In this document: positions 52,608 to 62,700 of the stretch, piece after piece
How positions within the stretch are numbered: position 1 is the stretch's first letter
Layout: each line of letters opens with the position of its first letter
IMG/VR virus record: IMGVR_UViG_3300003629_000001
Reading direction: 5' to 3' (one strand)
From: a virus
Length of the DNA stretch: 64,000 nt
Made by a program: the position numbers and the translations under genes
The notes under the pieces: generated by a model
Told to the model about the DNA's origin: nothing
Database searches by the model: none
What the model saw: the letters and a program-made list of their open reading frames with translations, nothing else

Positions 52608-55600
52608 ATGAGCCTGACCAAAGACCTTGCGGACGCACTCGCTGGTACGGTAGCCAAACAACACCCGGCTTTTCGGAGTAGTACCAACTGGCTTCCGTAT
52701 CGTGGCCCGCGAGGTGGGGAAGGGTACATCAACACCTACACCGGCGACGTAGTGTACGGAAGTGACCGGCCCGGTGGCGGGTGGGACAGTGACGGCGAGA
52801 TTGAGGTAGACGAGTCGTTCCGTGCCGCCCCTGACGGCTACGAGTGGGAGCGCCCACCGATGAACTACGACGTGAAAGACGAGATTGACGAAGCCAACCC
52901 GGACAACGTAGACGGCTTCCTCGAAGCGAAGTTCAGTGGCGACCAAGTTATCTACGAAGACGGTCAAGGTGAAGAGGCCCCGCACAGTTGGGGTCGCGTC
53001 ACTGGTGCGCGTGTGGATACGTACACCAATCTCGGTGGTCATGAAGTGACGGGTGTCGTTCTCGAACTTGAATCGGGTGACGACGTGCCATTAAATCGTG
53101 TCTTGAAGCACGTCAATACGTCACAAGACCCGAAATACGAAGCGTGGCAACTGGCCGACGACAATCCCCACGAAGACGATTTGGAAGACGTAAGCGAGAA
53201 AGTCTATCATTCGTTCTCTCACGACGAGTTCGAGTGGAAAGAGTACGCTGACTGGCGAAATGACGCCAAAACGCTCCCTGTTCTTTCTGAACATGGTGCT
53301 GACGATTTGTGGAAAGCCATGAGCGCGTACTTCGACCGTGAGTCCATGAACGACCTACGGGCGGATTTAGCCAGTTGGAAGAGCGACAGTGACCGTGGCA
53401 CTGGCCGTTACTCCGACATTGCGAAAGAGGTGTTCGAGATTGACGCGGTGTCTCGGGATAATCGCTACGGGGAAGAATGGGATACAAGCAACGAGGAAGA
53501 CTTTAAACGGGCGGTAGAAATTCTCTCTGACGCATCTCGTCGGTTTTACGAAGACCAGTACGAGAGCGACGACCTGTTCCGTGGAATCTCCCGACACGGC
53601 TTTCGGAGTCTCGTCAAGGGGTGGCTGGAAAACCCCGGCGCTGACGAGTTCGAGGTGGAACACAGGGCGCTCGCCAACTACTCCGCCGACCACCGGGTCG
53701 CCCGTGATTGGGCTGGGAATACGGTTGTCATTCAGCCGGATATTGACCCGGAAGACATAGTGCTGGCTATCGACGGCTTGAATTTCTCCGGTGTCCACAA
53801 CACGGAATCCGAGGTGCATATGCGGGGCGACCGGATTACCCTCAAGCCTGACGACGTGAAACTCAAGACACGCCGAGATACACAGGGTCGAACATCATGG
53901 CCGGAACGAAAGGCTGGGTTAAGCGAACCAGCCGAGAACTGGTCAGCGAACGACGCGGAGAACTTCAGTAGGGCTATCAGTCTAATCTACGACGACGAAA
54001 CGCCTGACGAGGAAACCGCGCTTCGCTTCCTACGTATCGCCAAGGCTCACGAAGACCACATTGAAGACAAACTAAACAGCGACCGCTTCAATTTCGAGCG
54101 CGACAGGTTCTTTACGACGGGAACCGCTGGCCCCGGTGAAGCCCACGGCGAAGTGATTGAGTGGGAAAACGAGTATCTGGACTTACTCGGTCGTATCGAA
54201 GCGGAACACGGCCTCAATCTATCCAGCGTAGAGAAGGCCGAGAATCCGCCCGGTTCGCCTGACGAGACGCCGGTTGTAGACTTGACCGAGGATTGGTTCT
54301 TGTCCCCGGAACACCGTGACGACCCGGAGAGAGCCGAGAAACAGGTACAGAACGTCATGGGCGAGTGGGTTCCGTACCAAGGCCCCCGAGGTGGCGAAGG
54401 CTGGCAACGGATTAGCGACCAAGAGGTAGTGTATCAAGACGACCCGCCCGGTGACGTAGTGGAAGGCGTCGAAGAGAACTTTTGGGAGCGCTACGGTGAA
54501 GGCGACGAGTCCCAAGACACCAGCGGATACTATGACGCTGACGAGTGGGACGACGCTTTTGAGGGCATGAATATTGCCGCTCCGTCTGACGTTCCCGAGG
54601 GGGCTGAAATCTACTATATCTCGTCGGTCGGTAATCACCACGAAGGACGCGTTGTGGGCTATGAATACGGTGAGAACATCGAAGGCGCTGACCCAACGCC
54701 CGCGTATCTCAAAGTCGTTGGTGACGACGGTTACGAAGCCTCTGTCACGGCTGACCAGATTCAAGAGATTACGGATATGCCGCATGAGGCCGAAGTACCC
54801 GAGTTCGAGTGGGATACAGATATTCCACCGATTAACGAACTACAGGAAGGCGCTGACGTGCTGTACGAAGGCGAGAACGGCATTCGTCGTGTTGGCGAAT
54901 ACGAACGTCCGACGTTCGTTCAGACGGAAGAAGGGACGTTTGGTGGTGTTGTTCTCGAAGACGGAACCGAGATTCGGCTACAAGATATGGTGGCCGTGGA
55001 CGAAGGGCCGGTTCCGCTTGAACCCCGAGAAGACCCCTTCGAGTTCGAGTCGGTGGTCAACGAGGGCGATTTCCGTGGATTCCGCGCTCCTGACGAGACG
55101 TGGGACAACCTACTCGAATTTACCCCGTTTGACGGCCTTGGCGAAGTTCCGCTGGGTGCGACGGTGGAGTTCGATACTCCGAAACTGAACGGAACGATTG
55201 AGGGTGAAGTGACTGGGTACATCGACTACGACGCGTCGATAGGCGAAACGAACTCGCTACGCGTCCAGACCGAAGACGATTACGTGGGAGAAACGACAGT
55301 AGGGCCGAGTAATTTCGTTCGATTCATTGGCCCTGAAGGCGACCAAGATTTATCGCTGGAAGAGTATCTGTCCAATCCGTTTGCACACGCTCACAAGGTC
55401 GAAGGCTCTCGGGAAGCCGGTATCACTGGCGGGAACACGACTGGGGAGAAAATGAAAATCGCTACCATGCCGGACGACTCGCTAATCTTTGCGACTCCGG
55501 TGGAAGCCTACAATCATATCACAACGGGCGTGGTTGATAGTGCGGCTGAAGCACGCGAGAACAATCTGAATAGCCCTATTATGATTGACCACCTCGGCGG

Positions 55601-56741
55601 GGGAGCGTGTAAAACACGAATCGTGGAAGGGCCGGACGGAGGTGAGTATATCGCTAAAGAGGGTATCGAAGGCGACGACTTGAGAAGCCGCCAGTGGTCG
55701 ATAGACGAAAACGACGACGCTGAACTTATGGACTCCCTCGCTCGCACTTCGGCGGCGGCGTTCTTTGTTGGCAATCAAGACCTTCACTCTCACAATATCC
55801 GGGTCAACTTCGATACACAGGAAGCGACTGTAATCGACCACGACGCCGCTGGTGGGAGTCATTTTGGTAGTTTCATGGACGTTAACAGAGTTGTCAACGA
55901 CCCGCTTAGTACCTCTCAAGTCGAAAACGAGATATACGATATTGCGCGGGATTATATGAGAGGCGACCTTGACGTTCCCGAGGAACTGAAAGGAACGAAC
56001 CACGAATCCTACTTCAAGGACGCCATAGACAAACTGGCGAACGACGAAAGCCATTCAGACCTATTTGAACCGTGGGGCGGCGACCCGCACAGTCTTCCGC
56101 GTCATGCGGATAGCATGGACGACTTTCAGGAAGGGCAAGAAGTGACAGTTCTGACGAGTGACGGACACGTTCGCACAGGAGAACTCACCCAGTTCTATCA
56201 AGGGACTTGGTATGGTGAGACGGACGACAACTACGAAATTTCGTTCGATATGCCGCACCACGTTCTCTCGTCCGAAGAGCCAAAAATTCCGATTGAACCG
56301 ACCGAAGAATCGGCGGCGCTCATGGACGCACTGGCTGACCGAGAGGATTCATACGACTCCTTAACCGACCTTGAACCCGGTATGGGTATCACGATTAATC
56401 AGGGGTTTAGCGACGAAGAGGTGCTGGTTGAAGAGGTGAAAACGGACGGCCCGGTGACTCAAGTAGAAGTTCGTCCGACTGACGGTGGCGACCCATTCCA
56501 CGTCAATCAGTGGGACGACGTAGTTCAGGTTGGACGGGAACGGAACTGGAATGGTGAGTTGGACGACCTAAACACTGGTGAAGAGATTCGGGTCGAAGAC
56601 GAAGACGGTGAAGAGATTAGCGGGACGTTCATGGGCTACGACGCTGACAGCGGAGAGGTAGAAATCCAAGACGCACCGGGACGGATTGTCACGGTGGACG
56701 CGCCACGTAACGTCCAGCGGTTGACGGGTGATTCAGAATGA
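52608..56741 (+). CDS. tagged polyvalent protein 4: tag + ART + tag + SH3-like domains + kinase + SH3-like domains
   Basis: Tags at 52689 and 54366; LFRG...NYSAD...ESE; NQDLHSHNI...VIDHD at 55779. Confidence 0.75.
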   Translation: MSLTKDLADALAGTVAKQHPAFRSSTNWLPYRGPRGGEGYINTYTGDVVYGSDRPGGGWDSDGEIEVDESFRAAPDGYEWERPPMNYDVKDEIDEANPDNVDGFLEAKFSGDQVIYEDGQGEEAPHSWGRVTGARVDTYTNLGGHEVTGVVLELESGDDVPLNRVLKHVNTSQDPKYEAWQLADDNPHEDDLEDVSEKVYHSFSHDEFEWKEYADWRNDAKTLPVLSEHGADDLWKAMSAYFDRESMNDLRADLASWKSDSDRGTGRYSDIAKEVFEIDAVSRDNRYGEEWDTSNEEDFKRAVEILSDASRRFYEDQYESDDLFRGISRHGFRSLVKGWLENPGADEFEVEHRALANYSADHRVARDWAGNTVVIQPDIDPEDIVLAIDGLNFSGVHNTESEVHMRGDRITLKPDDVKLKTRRDTQGRTSWPERKAGLSEPAENWSANDAENFSRAISLIYDDETPDEETALRFLRIAKAHEDHIEDKLNSDRFNFERDRFFTTGTAGPGEAHGEVIEWENEYLDLLGRIEAEHGLNLSSVEKAENPPGSPDETPVVDLTEDWFLSPEHRDDPERAEKQVQNVMGEWVPYQGPRGGEGWQRISDQEVVYQDDPPGDVVEGVEENFWERYGEGDESQDTSGYYDADEWDDAFEGMNIAAPSDVPEGAEIYYISSVGNHHEGRVVGYEYGENIEGADPTPAYLKVVGDDGYEASVTADQIQEITDMPHEAEVPEFEWDTDIPPINELQEGADVLYEGENGIRRVGEYERPTFVQTEEGTFGGVVLEDGTEIRLQDMVAVDEGPVPLEPREDPFEFESVVNEGDFRGFRAPDETWDNLLEFTPFDGLGEVPLGATVEFDTPKLNGTIEGEVTGYIDYDASIGETNSLRVQTEDDYVGETTVGPSNFVRFIGPEGDQDLSLEEYLSNPFAHAHKVEGSREAGITGGNTTGEKMKIATMPDDSLIFATPVEAYNHITTGVVDSAAEARENNLNSPIMIDHLGGGACKTRIVEGPDGGEYIAKEGIEGDDLRSRQWSIDENDDAELMDSLARTSAAAFFVGNQDLHSHNIRVNFDTQEATVIDHDAAGGSHFGSFMDVNRVVNDPLSTSQVENEIYDIARDYMRGDLDVPEELKGTNHESYFKDAIDKLANDESHSDLFEPWGGDPHSLPRHADSMDDFQEGQEVTVLTSDGHVRTGELTQFYQGTWYGETDDNYEISFDMPHHVLSSEEPKIPIEPTEESAALMDALADREDSYDSLTDLEPGMGITINQGFSDEEVLVEEVKTDGPVTQVEVRPTDGGDPFHVNQWDDVVQVGRERNWNGELDDLNTGEEIRVEDEDGEEISGTFMGYDADSGEVEIQDAPGRIVTVDAPRNVQRLTGDSE

Positions 56742-59700
56742 CAGTAGTTGTATATGAACTGAACGACGACGCGGAGTACGAGGAACTGGGTAGCCATACC
56801 GACCAAGAGGCCGTGGAGAACGACGACCTACTGGATATTTTTCCTGAACAGGTGTGGCAAGACCACTCCGACGAATGGCTCTCCGAGCGGATTGACGGCC
56901 CTTACGTCATGGCCGCAATTCAGGACGAAGACTCCGAGACGACAGAGAAAATCAGTATGTGGACACCCTACGTCGGCCCGAACGGTGGCGAGGGCTACCA
57001 ACATATGCTGACTGACGAAGTTCGTTACGTGGACGAGGAACCCACTGACGACGAAGCACCCGGCAATGACGTTGACGTAGACGAACCCGAGAGCGGTGAA
57101 CTGAACGAAATGACCGGGATTTCGGACGCGTCGTATATTGAAGACAATCTTCCGGTCACGGCGACGTGGGAGAATGACGACGGTGAATCATTCGTTGGTC
57201 AAATCGAAGAGGTGGATTACGGCGGCTTTGACGAGAAGTTTGTAATTGCCGCTACCAACGGACGGCGCTACGAGGTGAATGGTGACGATTTGACCGGGTA
57301 TATCGAACCCACGCCGGAATACAACCCGGAAAGTGACGAGGAAGACGGACGGATTCGGGACGGATTCGAGCGGATAAAGGAAAAACTTGGCGAGGGTGTG
57401 ATTCCACCGCGTCCAACTCCCAATATGGGTAATGGTGGCTCTCGTCCCGAACAGAGCGATTTCCGACAAATCGCGTCGGAAGACGACGCCGAGAAACTAC
57501 AGCAGATTATCGACACTGGCGACACTGGGAATATTCAGGTCGGAATCGAAGCCGTCGGTGACGGAGTAGACTACGGCCCGTGGGACGCTGATACGGATAA
57601 TCTCAATTACTTCGACGGCGGTCAGTTCACGAACATCGACGTGGAAATGCCGGTCGAAGATTTCCTTGCCACACAAACGGATATGTTGTCGTCTGACCGG
57701 AACCATCCACAAGAAGCCTACGAGTCGTTCCACCGAGTTCGGACTGACGACGTAGAAGAGTACGCCGAGGTGTTACAGAACGAACCGGGTGAAATGCCCA
57801 TGCCGTACATTGAGTTCGGTCGCAACGGCAATATGCGGAACTCACAGGAAGGCCGACACCGCGCTCTCGCGGCGCGTATGGCTGGGTTAGATACCATGCC
57901 GGTTCGGTTCGTTCTAAACCCCGACCGCGACGGAAAAGGCGCTGAAGACCGTGTTGACTGGGGTCAGGATTTGAGTAAGCCGGTGGAGAAACGCACAAAG
58001 TGGCGTCCATATCTCGGCCCGCGTGGTGGTGAAGGCTGGATTAAGCCGTTCAGTTTCACCGACGACAAAATTGTCTACGACGAAGAACCACCGGGTGAAG
58101 TATCGCCGGAGTACAGCGAGGATTACTGGCACGACCGCCCGTCTCCGGTCAACGAAGATATTGTTAATTTGGTGGATTCGCACCTCGAAGGCGTTCGAGC
58201 GCGTCCGTACAAGTTGGACGAACCGACAGCGGATTTCTTCGAGGAAGGACTGGAAGCCGGGTATCACCCGAACGCCGTTTCCGAAGCCGCTGAATGGAAA
58301 CTGAAAAGCATGGAAAAGGAGATTGGGGACGGTGGGCGACTCGAAGAGAACGACGTTCAGAAGGTACTCCGAGACGCCGCTACCCAGTTCCTTGACCGCC
58401 AAACCGAGCAAGAGATAGAGATAGAAGGTGGCAAACGAGGTGGTGGGGTTATCTCTCTCGGTGAAATTGACAACAACTTCAAACGAGACTGGTGGGATAA
58501 CTTCGAGTCTGAAATAGGCTACACCGACGACCAAATGACGAACGAGAAGCCTGCTTACAGTGCTATTCGCAACTGGTCTATCACCAGTAGTATGTTCAGT
58601 CAGTCTACAGCGCCACTAATCAAAGCGGCCATGCGAGAGAGCGACAACGATTTCATTCCGGTCAACGGCGAAGAGGTGCGTGAGACAGACGTAACCGACC
58701 GAGAAATCGAACACGTTCTCGAATACAAAGAGGCCATGACTGAACTGTACCGGAGCGTCTACGGTGACACGGTTCCGTGTTTCCGTGGCATTGACGGTCA
58801 GAGTAGTCAAATCGACGGAATGCGCGAAGATATACAGGAAGGCAAGGGTATCGAACTTCCTGAAGCCACCCTCTCTTCGTGGGCGACGGAACCCGGAACC
58901 GCCATGCGATTCGCCGGGAGCATCCACACTGACGGCTACAGCGAAGGTGGTGTCGTGATTCGTCAAGAGGTTCCGGTTGAACAACTATTCGTGACTGGCG
59001 ACACTCACCCCGGCCTTCTTAATAACGAGAACGAACTTGTTGTTAACGCGCCGGAACCCGAGACGCGCTACGAACCCGACAACCTGATTCTCCCGAGTGA
59101 GACGACAGCACTCGAACAGGCGGTGTGGGCGGCGGAACGTGCTAATAGGGATACTGACGTGAGCGAGGAAGCCGCGAAGGCTGTCCAGCGAGCGCTCCTT
59201 TCCAAACAGGAAATGAACCAGTACGCTTCAATCGCAATCGAAAACTACGATTGGTTCCGTCAGACTGTCGGTGAGCAAACCCAACCCGACATTAAGTCGA
59301 AAGAGTGGATTCCGTATGAAGGGCCACGGGGCGGTGAAGGGTGGCAAAATACGGAAGACCGAGACGATATTCGATATGGGCTGGAAGACCCGCCCGGTGA
59401 AGTGGCCGAGGGGTACGAAGACATGGCCGAAGACTGGGGGGCGGGAGAAGACGCTGTAGAAATCCCCGAGAAGTTCGAGGGAGAGTACGCCCCGGAAGAC
59501 ATTACGCCGATTCCCGGCGACCCTGCTGAATGGGGTGACGAGTTCCCAATTAGTGAAGGACAGACACTACTCGGTCAAAATTGGGAATGGGATATAGAAA
59601 ATCTCTGGTTCCAAGGTAGCGATACACACGTTCCTGAACCTCGAATGGAATTAGCAATTCCGACTGGTGTTAGTCACAAATTTGGTTACGTATCCGATTC

Positions 59701-62700
59701 CGTGAAGTTACAGGGTATGGAACCCGGTTGGTTCAAGAATCCGGCTATCCCCAGCAAGCAAAACAAGCAAGAGTTCGTCGGAGTCGTCGGAGAACCTGAA
59801 CCACGAGATATGAGTTTCAACCCGACTGGTGAAGCGGCGAATGCTTCGTTTGATTTAGACGAAGCGGCTGAAAGAATGAGTCAGGAGATTCGTGACCGCA
59901 ATTCGTGGGAAAACAAAAAGGCTGGAATTTACGCGGCTGAACTAATAGAAGAGCATGACCCGAGTTACGAAACGCTACTCGCTATCACTCGTTACGGGCT
60001 GGAATCAAATGGTCAGAGTATAAACGAAGACCGCGATATAGACGACGCTCAAGAAATTGTCTTGGACGGTATCGACCAACACCTTGACAATGAAGCACCT
60101 GACCACCCCACGCTCAAGGGCAAACTGTCGTTAAGTCACGCTGACCCCGAATTGACCGAAGATTTCATGAGTCGTATGACACCCGATACCCGAGAGACTG
60201 TCAATACGGCTATGGGTGAATGGATTCGTGGTCAGGGGAGTATGGTGGACGAGTACACACTTCCAATTTACCGACTGGCCGCTCACACCTACGAGAACGA
60301 TTTCTACCCGACGCGTGGTGACGTAGGGAAACTCATTGCGGAAGCCGACGACGTGGAAGCCGCTGACAGTCTCGAAGTTCGTCAAGAGAGGCTGGAACGC
60401 TATCGTCAAAAGACCGTAGAGACGTTCCGTGAAGTGTTCGGTGATACCGTTCCGGTGTTTCGTGGCTACGACCCCGGTGAACAATCCAAAGGTAAAGAAG
60501 CACGGGAAGCGCTACAGGCTGAAGACGCCCCGTCAGAGATAGAGATTCGTAATGGTGTGGCGAACTCATGGTCTACAAACCCGACCGTCGCATTTCAGTT
60601 TTCGACGTGGAATACCGAAGATTACCCCGGTATTGTTGTCCGCCAAGAACTCCCCGTTGAACAAATATTCGGGTCGTCTGATACCACTACCAGTGGTCGG
60701 TCTGACGAAGCGGAAATCGTTGCTGGCAATCCTGAAGAGTACACTAACCACAGCCGCGACGACGTATTCCTTCCCGAAGAGTTCGACCCGATTGAGCAAA
60801 TGCGGTGGGCGCTTTCGGGTATCGAAAATGACGCCAGTGAAGAGGAAGAGAAGGCTGACGGGGAAACGCTATCACTTGACTGGGAACTCGAATCGGTTGA
60901 CTGGCTACGTCGTTACCGGAAGATGGAAGACGCACTCACGAAAGAAAACTGGACTCCTATAGACGTAGGCGACCAGAGAGGCTACCAGCACGTCGTCAGC
61001 GGAGAGACGATAGTATCCAAGGCTGGTATCCCGTTCAGCAACACGGCGCGTCAGGCGGGCCACACGCCGCTGTCAGCGGTGGTTATGGACTCCGACGCAC
61101 TGGGGAAAGAGTGGGTTCCATATCACGGCCCACGGGGCGGTGAAGGGTGGCGGAATACAACGACCGAGAATATCCGCTACGGACTGGACGAAGCACCGCG
61201 CCCAGCCGAGAACGACCCCGACGAACTCACCGAAGAGAACATCGAAGAGGCTGATATTCAACAGTCGTTCGGCCTCATGCAAACTACAGCCAACGACTTG
61301 GTAGAAGGTGAGAAACTACACTTCGAGGTTCAAGGCCACCCCTACGAAACCCGCGTTCAGGAAGTGACCGACGACGCGATTCACGCGATAGACACCGAGA
61401 CGCACCGCGAGTTCGAGATTCCGACCGACGAGCGAGGAATGGCCGAAAGCGGGCTAACACTGGCTTCGCCACAAGCGGTATTCTTCGGCCACGGTATCGC
61501 TGGGTCGGAGTCGTCGTGGCTACCCGAGGAAGACGAACCGAGTCAGATAGAACTCGAAGCCGAAGCGCTTCGTTCCGCCGCGTCCACCGACGGATTCGGT
61601 GATACCAGTTACATTGAAGGCTTCGCCGCACGGGCGAGTGAACTCGGTGCTGGACGTGACGAGATTACCAACGCGATTCACGGCGCTCTCGAAGAACACC
61701 CCGCACTGAACACGGATTTGGCCGACGAGATTTACGAGAACGGTCAGCGGCTATTGGAAATCGAAGAGTCGCTGACGGACAAGTCACTCGCTCGCTCCTA
61801 TCCCATTACCCCTATCAGGACTATGCGGAAGGAGTGGATTCCGTACCGTGGCCCACAGGACGGAGAGGGCTGGCAAAACGTCAACAATCCCGACGACATT
61901 CGATACGGACTCGAAGACCCGCCCGGTGAAGTGGCTGAAGGCTACGAAGAACAGGCGGAAGACTGGGGGCCGAGTAGCGACGAGGAACCCGACCGAGTTC
62001 AGGGCGCGACCCTCGTAGACTACAACATTCCGGGGAGCGACAAGGACATTCAAGTCCCGAAAAACTTCACGGCTGACGACTTGAAGAACACCATTCGGCG
62101 GTTCCGAGACGACAACGAAGGCGACCTACTCACGGAACTGGCGAACGTCGTTCAAATGCAAAACGACGGCAACCTAAACGACAAGATGGACGTGCTTCAT
62201 GGCACGGCTGAAGTGCTGGGGAACCACCCGGAGATTATCGACCAGTACAACGACCTGCTACACGAAGAGATAGCCGATACTCCAAACGCCAACTTCGACG
62301 TACCATTCGGCTTCGACGGTGTGGACGTTCACAATATGCTGGAAGACACCTTTGGCCCCCACAGTGAGATTGTGGGTGAACTCGAAGATATGGTTCTGTT
62401 CGGGGACGTGGACGAAGAAAAAGCCGACAACTGGATTACCGCCGCCGAAGGCTGGATTCGTAACTACGGCGACCGGAAAATGGCGGACAAGTTCAAGGAT
62501 ACCATAGCCGACGCGGAGTTGGCGAATCCGTTCTCAAACACCGACGAGTACGCCGCACAGGAAGAGATTAGCGACGACCTAAACCCAGCAAAAGCGTCCC
62601 GAGTTGTGCCTATTTCGGATACTGAAGCGTCTACGGGTATCAGCGCTGACAGTATGTTCATAGCCGAGTACGACGACGGACACCGAGCATTCGTCACCAA

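Larger units (their letters stand above)
3106..61814. repeat. dispersed DNA motif TACCCCTA, both strands
   Basis: Exact copies on + at 3106, 3860, 19783, 22276, 28416, 37937, 45796, 61807 and on - at 8561, 27881, 30344, 34516, 43124, 48417, 51766. Confidence 0.85.
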
